Notes under the pieces: generated by a model
Told to the model about the DNA's origin: nothing
What the model saw: the letters and a program-made list of their open reading frames with translations, nothing else
The model's database searches: none
Part shown: one piece after another, positions 1 through 11,343 of the stretch
Position numbering within the stretch: the stretch's first letter is position 1
Layout of the letters: each line of letters starts with the position of its first letter
Made by a program: the position numbers and the translations under genes
Assembly: GCF_003918875.1 (NCBI RefSeq)
Contig: NW_025766115.1
Span: 1,364,001 to 1,428,000 of the forward strand
Reading direction: 5' to 3'
Source: Haliotis rubra
Lineage: Eukaryota
Length of the DNA stretch: 64,000 nucleotides

Positions 1-716
1 TCAGGAGAGTTTGCTTTCTTTCAAGATCAGAGTTTCATGTTTTGTGCTGATTTCATTGCCTTATAATTAGACAGGATATTGTTTTGAGAATATAACAAGC
101 TACAAGACTAAATTTTGAGTTTTTTGGTTAATTACTTCCAGATTTAGTTGTATTTTCACATGTTCCTGTGAAATAATAGATGATCAGGTGACTTTTAAAA
201 CTTAACAGCAAACCTGTTCATGTTTTTGTCACACCTGTACCTACTTGACAGAATGGGTCTGATTTGTACTGTCAAGTCTAGGGACCATTCATAATATATG
301 GCTTAGTTTGATGACGATCATAAGGATCCCACGTTTGGAGGGGTGGTGAAATGTGAAAGACTTTTAAGTTTTTGCTAAGAAATATGGGAATGTCCATAAA
401 TTATGCATGGTCCAGTAGTAAGCTACTTCACAGTTGTGGTGTTCATCATTAATGAGTTAATAAAAATAAACATCTGCACTGACATGGTTTTATGTTTTAT
501 GGATTTTGAGACATTAAACACCATATTTTAAGTGTGTGTTTTCAGAAGAAAAATCATATATCAGTAATTTGTTATTACAGAACACTTTATTGGTTTTTGC
601 ATTATGTTACTGTTCACTATCGCCTTTATGGCTCATTTGTTTATGGTAATCATATGTGGTATTTTTTTACACCATTCATGATTGCAGCATACATAATCTG
701 GAAACACTCACTGAAC

Positions 717-912
717 ATTTACCGTATTATTTACGGTAGTCATTGTTACGGTCTTCCGTATTATTTACGGTATAATTACTGGCAGCACGGCTGCCGAACT
801 TTCGTTACGCCGTATTATTTACGGTAGTCATCGTTACGGTTTACCGTAAAATTTACGGCATAAATACTGGCAGCATGGCTGCCGAACTTTTACCGTAAAA
901 ATTACGGTAAGG
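717..912. repeat. Short hairpin-type repeats (TTACCGTA-N-TTTACGGTA; TACTGGCAGC..GCTGCCG), probably the subterminal region of a DNA transposon truncating the U1 array
   Basis: Repeated palindromic units; abuts a truncated SINE at about 925. Confidence 0.4.
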
Positions 913-1209
913 TTTCTGATAATTATCGCCTATTGTGGCAAGTTTGGGTTGCTGAAGACCTATTCTACCCCGGTTTCACGGTCTCGAGTAAATATGAAAT
1001 GCTTTAATATTATACTGCCGATGCCACGTTAACGATTTGGTTTTTATAGCATACCCCGACCCACGTACAATGTGTGTCGGGGTAAGTTATGACCTCAAAG
1101 ACATTTAACAATACAAACTGATGTACAGTCAGCTAATAGCAGCAGCAAGAGAGACGGTGTTGGTCACATGTTCCTTGATAGTTGAATTCTATTCTTTGGT
1201 TTGAGTTTT

Positions 1210-1373
1210 CCGGGGGTTGGCGCGGACGCAAACCCCTCCACTTATAAATTACGTACTCGAATCACCCCTATTTGGCGTGATCGCAGGGGTCAGCCAAGCC
1301 AAGGTGCAATGGAAAGGCCTCACCCTGGGAGAACCGATGCTGAGAACGGCCACCTCCCGTACCAGGTAAGTAT
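1210..1373 (-). ncRNA. U1: U1 snRNA variant, class A copy 1
   Basis: Reverse complement starts ATACTTACCTGG; SL1 loop TTCTCAGCAT; SL2 ATTGCAC; SL3; Sm-like AATTTATAAG; SL4 GCG-TCCG-CGC. Several private substitutions. Confidence 0.9.
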
Positions 1374-2063
1374 GCCAGCTCACATTTTCAACACACTACT
1401 TGTTCTGGTAGGGGCTCTCACTAAGCTGAGGTGGCATCACGAGTGTATCTCGGATTATTTAGAAACTACAGCCGTTACCTTTACAATATTGTCAACAGGG
1501 ATGTCTGTGACGGTACTCGTTCATTTTTTGGTCGATATCATTTATTTCATTTTCTTCCAGTTATCATACAGGTAGAGAGAGTTTATCACCCTAACCCATC
1601 TTGGTGAAGGAAAATGTATATTACTGCAGACGTACTTCATACGTCTCTCTGCAAGTACGTTATCTTACATGATACATATGGAAAACGTTTATTGTACGGT
1701 TTCAGATTTTGAAACATCACATTCAAATATTTCCCCATTTGTTCATGCAGACCAGCTTTTCAAAAACGTCTGTCACAGTAGGTAGTTTTATGTGTACTTC
1801 ATAGCACTTGGAATTTCAAATACCTCTACAAGTACATTATCTTCCATCATACGTACGGAATACGTTTTCTGCGTTCCTAGATTTCATCACATTGACAACA
1901 GTTTTCGTGAGCCTATACCCGTCATTTTTTCGAGAACATCTAAGTAGATGTATTCCCCCGTCCCCAGCAGAAGTGGCAATCAGAAATGATACTCTACATG
2001 GAACCAGTTGGGGTTTATTTCGAAACTTTATTAACAATACACGTGACAAAATTAATAACTTTC

Positions 2064-2291
2064 TGGTTTAACCCGCCCTCAGCAACATTCCAGCTATATG
2101 GCGGCGGTCTGTAAATAATCGATTTTGGACCAGGCAATCCAGTGATCAACAGCATGAGCATTGATCTACTTAATTGGGATACAATTACATGTGTCAACAA
2201 AGTCAGCGAGCCTAAAACCTCGACCCCATTAGTCGCCCCTTATAGGTATGGGTTCCTGAAGATCAATTCTAACCCGGATCTTCCCAGGTTC
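2064..2291 (-). mobile_element. SINE family 2 (Nin-like central domain) in a class-A spacer; paralogous copies at 5973-6187 and 9085-9313
   Basis: Matches the recurrent element GACCCGTGAAGATCCGGGTTAGAA...CCATGCTTGTCGTAAGAGGCGACTAA...GCTGGAATATTGCTGAGTGCGGCGTAAAAC. Confidence 0.8.
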
Positions 2292-2430
2292 ACTGTGTGT
2301 CGGGGTAAGTTCTGAACACAAAGACATTTCACAATACAAACTGATGTACAGTCAGCTAACAGCAGCAGCGTGAGAAACGACGGCCACGTCTTTCTTGGTA
2401 GCAAAATTCTATTCTTTGGTTTGAGTTTTT

Positions 2431-2594
2431 CAGGGATTAGCGCGGACGCAAACCCCCACACTTATAAATTACGTACTCGAGTCACCCCTATTTGGCGGTG
2501 ATCGCAGGGGTCAGCCAAACCAAGGTGCAATGGAAAGGCCTCACCCTGGGAGAACCGATGCTGAGAACGGCCACCTCCCGTACCAGGTAAGTAT
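2431..2594 (-). ncRNA. U1: U1 snRNA variant, class A copy 2
   Basis: ATACTTACCTGGTACGGGAGGTGGCCGTTCTCAGCATCGGTTCTCCCAGGGTGAGGCCTTTCCATTGCACCTTGG...GTAATTTATAAGTGTGGGGG...CCCTG; colinear with metazoan U1. Confidence 0.92.
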
Positions 2595-2640
2595 GCCAGC
2601 TCACATTTTCAACACACTACTTCTTCTGGTAGGGGCTCTC

Positions 2641-2654
2641 ACTAAGCTGAGGTG
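2641..2654 (-). promoter_or_regulatory. Putative snRNA PSE, class A (CACCTCAGCTTAGT at -60); also at 1420-1433, 4016-4029, 5318-5331, 6538-6551, 8613-8626
   Basis: Position typical of a PSE; resembles the TCACC-starting vertebrate PSE; pattern shared with class B upstream regions. Confidence 0.65.
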
Positions 2655-3810
2655 GCATCACGAGTGTATCTCGGATTATTTAGGAACTACAGCCATTAAC
2701 TTTACAGTTTGTCCAACAAGGATTTCTGTGACGGTAATCCTTCATATTTTGGTCGATATCATTCACTTCATTTCCTTGATTATCATACAGGTAGACAGTT
2801 TATCACACTAAGCTATCTTGGAGAAGGAAAATGTATATCACTGCAGACGTACACCATACGTCTCTCTACAAGTACATTATCTTACATCATACGTATGGAA
2901 AACGTTTATTGTGCGTTTATCAATTTTCATATTTCACATTCAAAACTGTTAGCGTGAGTTCATATCTCTCAGATTTTCATAAACGTCTCATATTCAAAAT
3001 AGGTACTGCTATGAGAACTTGATAGCACTCGAAATATCAAATGCTACTAAAGATGGGATCGGTTTGTATTATTTTGAAATTTATCCAACGGAAATATCTC
3101 CAATAAAATGCTAAAACATTCATCCAGAAACACTGTATAGCATGAACAGCAAGACATTTTTACCAAAATATGTTCAACAGAGGTAAATGTAAAGTCGTTT
3201 ATTTAGTTTACAAGCGATGGTGCTGACGCACACTAAGTATATCTGTACCCAAATTTTCGTTAAAAGTGCACTACATTGCATCATCAATACAATGCTACTC
3301 GCTCGATTTTCTCTTCCAGGTGCCAGGATTGGTTCCTCTTCATTACCTTCTGTCAGGCTCTGGGTAGCATTTGTATAGCATAGAGAATATCTTTAAAAAA
3401 TATTCAATTCAAAACGGACCTACACTATACGTTTCATTAAATACACTAAATGTTTAAGTAATAAGCAAGAAATAACTATGATTAATATACTGACGTTTTA
3501 AATATTCCAGTAAGGGACACCAGAAATGCATTAACATATCGAACCCGTCTTCGAGGAGCCAACGCTTTAACCACTTATATATTAATATAACTAACTGATA
3601 ATTATTCTTAAAGATTTGGCTAGGAAATGTAGCCTTATATTGCCCATGCCACGTACAATTTCAACCCACCCATTGTGTGTCGGGGTAAGTAATGACCACA
3701 AAGACATTTAACAATACATACCGATGTACATTAGCTAATAACAGCAGCTTGAGAAACGACGGTTGGTCACTTTTCTTGTTACCACAATTCTATTCTTTGA
3801 TTTGAGTTTT

Positions 3811-3972
3811 CAGGGTTAGCGCGGACGCAAATCCCACACTTATAAATTACGTACTCGAGTCACCTATCCATGGCGGTGATCGCAGGGGTCAGCCAAACCA
3901 AGGTGCAATGGAAAGGCCTCACCCTGGGAGAACCGATGCTGAGAACGGCCACCTCCCGTACCAGGTAAGTAT
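3811..3972 (-). ncRNA. U1: U1 snRNA variant, class A copy 3 (altered SL3 loop, shortened SL4)
   Basis: Same core; SL3 reads TCACC-GCCATGGATA-GGTGA. Confidence 0.88.
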
Positions 3973-5108
3973 GCCAGCTCACATTTTCAACACACTTCTT
4001 CTGGTAGAGGCTCTCACTGAACTGAGGTGGCATCACGAGTGTATCTCGGATTATTTAGAAACTACAGCCATTAACTTTACAGTTTTTCCCAACAGGGATT
4101 TCTGTGACAGTAATCCTTCAAGTTTTGGTCGATATCATTCACTTCATTTCCTTCCAGTTATCATACAGGCAGACAGTTTATCACACTAATCTATCTTGGA
4201 GAAGGAAAATGTATATTACTGCAGACGTGCACCATACGTCTCTCTACAAGTATACATCATCTTACATCAAACGTATGGAATACGTTTACTCTAGAGTTTA
4301 TCGATTTCTCAACATGACACTCAAAATTGTTTCAATGAGCTCATGCACACCAGATTTTCATAAACGTCTAAAGTTCAAAGTAGGTAATTTTATGAGCACT
4401 TGGTAGCACCTGAAATATCAAGTACCTCTAACATGGAAAGAGATTGTTTCATTTTGAAATGGGTTCAACAGAAACATCTACGATAGAATGCTAAAACACT
4501 AATCCACAAACACTGTATAGCATGAACAGCATGACATTTTTTCCAATATATTTTCAGCAGAGGTAAATGTAAACTCTTTTATTTAGTTTATAAGCGTTGG
4601 TGCTGACCCACAATCAGCATATATGTACCCAAATTTCCCTTAAAAATGCACTGAAGTGCATCATCAATACGATGCTACTCTCTCGATTTTCTCTTCCAGT
4701 TGCCAGGATTGGTTCCTCTTCATTACCTTCTTGCCAGGCTGGGAGTTGCATTTGTACAGCATACAGAATATCTTTATAATCATTCAATTGAAAACGGACA
4801 TACAGTACACGTTTCATTAAATACACTAAATGTTGAAGTAATAAACAAGAAATATCTATGATTATATAAGTTAATGTAAAATGAATTCATACTAACTGAT
4901 AATTATTAACGATTTGGCTTGGAAACGTAGCCTTATATTGCCGATGCCACGTACAATTTCAACCAACCTACTGTGTGTCGGGGTAAGTTATGAACACAGA
5001 CATTTAACAATACATACTGATGTACAGTAAGGTAACAACAATAGCAGCTTGAGAAACGACGGCCACGTCTTCCTCGTTACCACAATTCTATTCTTTGATT
5101 TGAGTTTT

Positions 5109-5271
5109 CAGGGGTTAGCGCGGACGCAAATCCCCACACTTATAAATTACGTACACGAGTCACCCCTATTTGGCGTGATCGCAGGGGTCAGCCAAACCAA
5201 GGTGCAATGGAAAGGCCTCACCCTGGGAGAACCGATGCTGAGAACGGTCACCTCCCGTACCAGGTAAGTAT
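5109..5271 (-). ncRNA. U1: U1 snRNA variant, class A copy 4
   Basis: Same core as copy 2 with a few substitutions and a 1-nt SL3 deletion shared with copy 1. Confidence 0.9.
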
Positions 5272-6327
5272 GCCAGCTCACATTTTCAACACACTACTTC
5301 TTCTGGTAGGGGCTCTCACTAAGCTGAGGTGGCATCACGAGTGTATCTCGGATTATTTAGAAACTACAGCCATTAACTTTACAGTTTGCCCCAACAAGGA
5401 TTTCTGTGACGGTACTCCTTCATATTCTGGTCGATATCATTTATTTCACTTCCTTCCAGTTATCATACAGGTAGACAGTTTATCACCCTAACCCATCTTG
5501 GTGAAGGAAAATGTATATTACTGCAGACGTACACCATACGTCTCTCTACAAGTACATTATCTTACATGATACGTATGGACAACGTTTATTGTACGGTTTC
5601 AGATTTTGAAACATCACATTCAAATATTTCCCCATTTGCTCATGCATAACCAGCTTTTCAAAAACGTCTGTCACAGTAGGTAATTATATTAGTACTTCAT
5701 AGCACTTGGAATGTCAAATACCTCTACAACTACATTATTTTCCATCATACGTACGGAAAACGTATGCTCCGTTCCTCCATTTCATCACATTGACGACAGT
5801 TTTCGCGAGCGTATACCCGTCAGTTTTCCGAGAACATCTAAGATCTAAGTAGATGTATTCACCCGTCCCCAACCGAAGTGGCAATCAGAAATGATATTCT
5901 ACATGGAATCACTTGGGTTTATTTTGAAACTTTATTAACAAATAAAAAATGTGACAAAATTAATAACTTTCTGGTTTAACGCCGCACTCAGCTCTATGGC
6001 AGCGGTCTGAAAATAATCGATTCTGGACCAGGCAATCCAGTGATCAACAGCATGAGCATTGATCTACTCAATTGGGATACAATTACATGTGTCAACAAAG
6101 TCAGCGAGCCTAAAACTCGACCCCATTAGTCGCCCATTATAAGTATGGGTTCCTGAAGATCAATTCTAATCCGGATCTTCACAGGTTCATTTGTGTGTCG
6201 GGGTAGGTTATGAACACACAGACATTTAACAATACATACTGATGTACAGTCAGCTAACAGTAGCAGCGTGAGAAACGACGGTTGCGTCTTTCTTGGTAGC
6301 AAAATTCTATTCTTTGGTTTGAGTTTT

Positions 6328-6491
6328 CAGGGGTTAGCGCGGACGCACACCCCTCCACTTATAAATTACGTACACGAGTCACCCCTATTTGGCGGTGATC
6401 GCAGGGGTCAGCCAAGCCAAGGTGCAATAGAAAGGCCTCACCCTGGGAGAACCGATGCTGAGAACGGTCACCTCCCGTACCAGGTAAGTAT
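6328..6491 (-). ncRNA. U1: U1 snRNA variant, class A copy 5
   Basis: Same core; SL2 closing pair changed from C-G to U-G. Confidence 0.9.
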
Positions 6492-6991
6492 GCCAGCTTA
6501 CATTTTCAACACACTACTTCTTCTAGTAGGGGCTCTCACTAAGCTGAGGTGGCATCGCGAGTGTATCTCGGATTATTTAGAAACTACAGCCATTAACTTT
6601 ACAGTTTGCCCCAACAAGGATTTCTGTGACGGTACTCGTTCATATTTTGGTCGATATCATACACTTCATTCCCTTTCATTTATCATACAATTAGACAGTT
6701 TATCACGGTAACCTAGCTTGGTGAAGGAAAATGTATATTACTGCAGACGTACACCATACGTCTCTCTACAAGTACATTATCTTACATCATACGTACGGAA
6801 AACGTTTATTGTGCGTCGGTCGATTTTCATATATCACATTCAAAACTGTTAGCGTGAGTTTATACCTACTTGATTTTCATAAACGGCTAATTTTAAATTT
6901 AGGCACTGCTATGAGTACTTGATAACACCTGAAATATATAATACCACTAAACATGGAAGCAGTTTCTATTATTTTGAATTGGTTTAACGGA

Positions 6992-7471
6992 GTGAGTGAG
7001 TTAAAATTTATCGTCACATCGGCAATATTTCAGCCATATCGTGACGAGAACAATTAATTTTATACATAGTAATGAATGGTAAATAGTAAAAACCTGTCAA
7101 CGAAGGACAGTAAAATAACTAGATTATCACAGATTCGAATTTAAAACTAGTAATTGAATCTAATACAGTTTAAACATAGATGACAATACAAGGTAAAAAC
7201 AGGCTATAGATTGCCAACAACTGAAGGTAGATCACCATACTAGGGACCATGGGGACTTACAGTACATTTGCTCCCTGCTTGAACCCTAGCTGGATTTACA
7301 CCATCCCTTCAGCTATTAGCAATTTTAGATAATCCAGCCACAAATTAAACGAACATATATTCTACGATTAAAATGGTAGTAGGTTTAAATTTACTTTGAA
7401 TGTTTTGGGACTTACGTACTCTCCCAGGACAATAATTTTACAGTACTTAACCCCCTTTTAGGGTACAGCCA
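6992..7471 (-). mobile_element. 5'-truncated non-LTR retrotransposon 3' UTR with (CACT)n tail
   Basis: 12-bp TSD TGGTTTAACGGA (6980-6991, 7472-7483); absent from paralogous spacers; 3' end GCTGAAATATTGCCGATGTGACGATAAATTTTAACTCACTCACTC. Confidence 0.75.
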
Positions 7472-7890
7472 TGGTTTAACGGAAATATCTCCAAGAAAAT
7501 GCTGAAACATTCATCCAGAAACACTGTATAGCAGGAACAGTAAGACATATTTTTCAACAAAAAATATTTTCAATAGAGGTAAATGTAAACTCTTTCATTT
7601 AGTTTACAAGCGTTGGTGCTGACGCACGCTCAGTACACCTGTGCCCAAATTTCCGTTAAAAGTACACCACATTGCATCATCAATACAATGCTACTCGCTC
7701 GATTTTCTCTTCCAGTTGCCAGGACTGGTTCCTCTTCATTACCTTCTGCCAGGCTGGGAGTTGCATTTGTACAGCATACAGAATATCTTTAAAATCATTC
7801 AATTGAAAACGGACATACAGTACACGTTTCATTAAATACACTAAATGTTGAAGTAATAAACAAGAAGTAACTGTCACCGAGTAAATGTGA

Positions 7891-8160
7891 GTGAGTGAGT
7901 GAGTTTAGTTCTACGCCGCACTCAGCAATATTCCAGCTATATGGCGGCGGTCTGTAAATAATCGAGTCTGGACAAGACAATCCAGTGATCAACAACATGA
8001 GCATCGACCTGCACAATTAGGAACCGATGACATGTGTCAACCAAGTCAGCGAGCCTGACCACCCGATCCCGTAAGTCGCCTCTTACGACAACCATAAGTC
8101 GCCTTTTGTGGCAAGCCTGGGTTGCTGAAGACCTATTCTACCCCGGATCTTCACGGGTCT
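7891..8160 (-). mobile_element. SINE family 2, full length
   Basis: 13-bp TSD CGAGTAAATGTGA (7878-7890, 8161-8173); (CACT)n tail. Confidence 0.9.
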
Positions 8161-8403
8161 CGAGTAAATGTGAAATAAATTTAATATTAACTGATAATTA
8201 TTATTAACGATTTGGCTTGGAAATATAACCTTATATTGCCGATGCCACGTACAATTTCAACCCACCCATTGTGTGTCGGGGTAAGTAATGACCTCAAAGA
8301 CATTTAACAATACAAACTGATGTACAGTCAGCCAATAGCAGCAGCAAGAGAGACGGTGTTGGTCACATGTTTCTTTCAATTCTATTCTTTGGTTTGAGTT
8401 TTT

Positions 8404-8566
8404 CAGGGGTTAGCGCGGACGCAAACCCCTCACTTATAAATTACGTACTCGAGTCACCCCTATTTGGCGGTGATCGCAGGGGTCAGCCAAACCAATGTGC
8501 AATGGAAAGGCCTCATCCTGGGAGAACCGATGCTGAGAACGGTCACATCCCGTACCAGGTAAGTAT
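8404..8566 (-). ncRNA. U1: U1 snRNA variant, class A copy 6
   Basis: Same core; SL2 loop ATTGCACATT, plus other private changes. Confidence 0.88.
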
Positions 8567-9630
8567 GCCAGCTCACATTTTCAACACATTACTTCTTCTG
8601 GTAGGGGCTCTCACTAAGCTGAGGTGGCATCACGAGTGTATCTCGAAATATTTAGAAACTACAGCCATTAACTTTACAGTTTGTCCAACAAGGATTTCTG
8701 TGACGGTACTCGTTCATATTTTGGTCGATATCATTCACTTCATTTCCTTCCAGTTATCATACAGGTAGACAGTTTATCACCCTAACCCATCTTGGTGAAG
8801 GAAAATGTATATTACTGCAGACGTACACCGTACGTCTCTCTGCAAGTACATTATCTTGCATCATACGTACGGAAAACGTATATTGTACGTTCCTCGATCT
8901 CATCACATTGACAATGTCTTGCGTAAGCCGATACGAGTTAGTTTTCCGAGAACATCCAAGATGTAAATAGATGCATTTACCAGTACCCAACAGAAGTGGA
9001 AATCAGACATGCCACTCAACATGGAACAAGTCGGGTTTTAACTTTGTTAACAAATACATGTGACAAAAGGAATGATAACTTTCTGGTTTAACGCCCAATT
9101 CAGCAATATTCCAGTTATGTGGCGGCGGTCTGTAAATAATCGAGTCTGGACCAAACAATCCAGTGATCAATAGCATGAGCATCGATCTACGCAATTAGGA
9201 TGCCATGACATGAGTCAACCCAGTCAGCGAGGCTGGCCACCCGATCCCGTTAGTCGCCTCTGATGACAAGCATTGGTTACTTAAGATCAATTCTTACCCG
9301 GACCTTCACGGGTTGGGTAGTCACAGTACTGTTTGATACAAATACACGGAAGTGAGAGAGTTTAGTGCATAGGCTGAGACAATTAAGATAATTTAGTTTC
9401 ACTATAAATACTAAATGTTGAAATTATAGCCAAGAAATAGCGAGTTCAGATATAAATAACTAAATATGAATGAATTGTAAGTGATAATTATTATTAAATA
9501 TTTGACATAGAATATTAGACATAGCCTTATTGTATTTTGTTGATGCGACGTACAATTTCAACTCACCCATCACTGATAAACAGTTAACATGGCGATGTTA
9601 TAATGAACCACAACACTTTCAGCATTTGAC

Positions 9631-9650
9631 AATTCTATTCTTTTATTGGA
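9631..9650 (-). terminator. 3'-box-like element (AAAGAATAGAATT) downstream of U1; equivalent element behind every copy
   Basis: Conserved AAA(G/A)A(A/T)TAGAATT about 10-25 nt after the U1 3' end in both classes; similar to the AAARNNAGA part of the snRNA 3' box. Confidence 0.5.
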
Positions 9651-9655
9651 GTTTT

Positions 9656-9820
9656 CAGGGGTTAGCGCGGACGCAGACCCCCACACTTATAAATTACGTA
9701 CTCGAGTCACCCGCATTTGGGGTGATCGCAGGGGTCAGCCAAACCGAGGTGCAATGGAAAGGCCTCGCCCTGGGAGGACCGCCTTGCGGATCACGGTAAC
9801 CTCCCGTACCAGGTAAGTAT
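9656..9820 (-). ncRNA. U1: U1 snRNA, class B copy 7
   Basis: ATACTTACCTGGTACGGGAGGTTACCGTGATCCGCAAGGCGGTCCTCCCAGGGCGAGGCCTTTCCATTGCACCTCGG...CGATCACCCCAAATGCGGGTGACTCGAGTACGTAATTTATAAGTGTGGGGGTCTGCGTCCGCGCTAACCCCTG. Full U1 cloverleaf with compensatory pairs. Confidence 0.96.
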
Positions 9821-9864
9821 GCTTTGGTTTCCTTCAAATCAGTACTAATACTTGCTCTGGAATG

Positions 9865-9878
9865 ACTCACTTGGGGTG
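9865..9878 (-). promoter_or_regulatory. Putative PSE, class B (CACCCCAAGTGAGT at -58); also at 13122-13135, 14562-14575, 16011-16024
   Basis: Same CACCNCARNTNAGT pattern at the same offset. Confidence 0.65.
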
Positions 9879-10885
9879 TTGCGGCTTACATATCGAACCT
9901 ATATAAACAGCAGAGTAATAAGGGAAAATACATCTCTTCTGCATTCAAAATACAAATCAACTTTAATTTTGTGGTATTTACGGTTTTTAATAAGACTGTG
10001 CCCGTTAAACGTAGACTTCATTTGGGATCATAACCGACACAGTTGTGTACACGCATAGTCAACGTATTCCGTCTAATCTCCGTACAGGGTTGAGAGGATA
10101 CAAACATTTATTGAAGGATACGCGAGCCTGAAACCTTACTGGTATTATGTACAACAAATAACTTTGCTAACTGCGAATCAAAGTCTCGGTTTCACTTTCT
10201 ATGTCTTGAATACCGGGATATTAAGAAGCATAATCAACATTAAAGTCTATCAAAGGAGATATCCGAGGCGGCGCTGTTTTGAGTTTGCAAACAATGAAAT
10301 GTGAAGGTCACTTACGTCGACCAATCAAACACTAGCATTTGAACCTGTAGGGTCGCACTGCCTTTCCTTCTGCCTCGACACGAGGTGTAGAGTAAGGTGG
10401 TGTTATTGATTTACCGCTGTAGGTCACAAAACCATGAAAACCCCGTTACGGTCATTGCTGCAAAAGATGCAGGAAACGTCTGGCTTCACTGTGAAAGGGT
10501 TCGACTCGCTGATATACTGTTAAAACGAAGAAAAAGTATTCATTGTTGATCAAAGGCAATTGATAAATTAACATTTTCAAGTGTACACAGTCCAGAAGTA
10601 TTTCGGCATAGATCTTATACAGTTGTCAAACTGAAGGAAATACTACCGACAGCACAAAACAACTTCTAAAATGCCAATCAAAGCGATCTTGGGTCCGTTT
10701 TACATGTTGTCAGCTCATGGACCCAAAATGATTAGACAGGCGGAGGGATGTTTCTTTAAATAGTATTTACCTTTTTCTGGTCATATTATGTATAAGTATG
10801 GAATTTCTTAAAGCCTGGAAAGTAATGATATTTCATCACTGTTTTCCGCTAAATTCATCACAGAACCTATTCATTTCTTTGTAGT

Positions 10886-11343
10886 GTGTGAGTTTAGTTA
10901 AACGCCGATTTAGCAATATTTCATCAAATTGGCAATATTTCATCAAATGGGCTTCACATTGTACATTTGATCTGAAGAAAGACTTTGAACTATCAAAAGT
11001 TCAGTTAGACATTGATATCATTCTTTACGGCAACCCTGCTCTGCCAAATACTATCAATGAAAATATATTTAGACATGTGCATAAATACATTGTACGAAGT
11101 AAGCGCTTCAATTAATCAATGATATGTCTCAATATTATTATGTCCATCCATTACGTCCAATCATTATTGTTCATGTTTCTGATGGGAGCGGGCGGTAATA
11201 AGTTACATAACTTGTGCTCAATCCATTTCAACACTGAATAAAATATGTCCAAACAACAAACATTGTACCCATGTGGGGAATCGAACCCTGGTCTTCGGTG
11301 TGGTGAGCGAACGCGTTAACCACTAGGCTACCCCACTGTCCCC
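10886..11343 (-). mobile_element. SINE family 1 (tRNA-Asp-like head) split by a LINE fragment
   Basis: Tail half at 10886-10964 and head half at 11260-11343. Confidence 0.8.
10965..11259 (+). mobile_element. 5'-truncated CR1/L2-group LINE: ORF2 C-terminus plus 3' UTR
   Basis: Encodes ...DIILYGNPALPNTINENIFRHVHKYIVRSKRFN* (stop 11115), the LLxG..N..IF..V..YI..SKRF end typical of invertebrate CR1-like ORF2; AATAAA and CAA-type tail; TSD ACATTGTAC. Confidence 0.8.

Noticed and set aside
1052-1090. ACTTACC (minus strand) downstream of class-A genes as a second snRNA; hairpin TACCCCGAC/GTCGGGGTA
   Set aside because: No further U1-like structure follows; the hairpin occurs in only one unit and is probably a template-switch product.
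1201-8768. Repeated ORFs MERPHPGRTDAENGHLPYQVSMPAHIF... as a multigene peptide family
   Set aside because: They are the antisense of U1 genes plus promoter; frameshifts differ among copies; conservation follows RNA structure, not codons.
10888-11115. 75-aa ORF as a host gene
   Set aside because: Chimera of a SINE tail and a truncated LINE ORF2 C-terminus.
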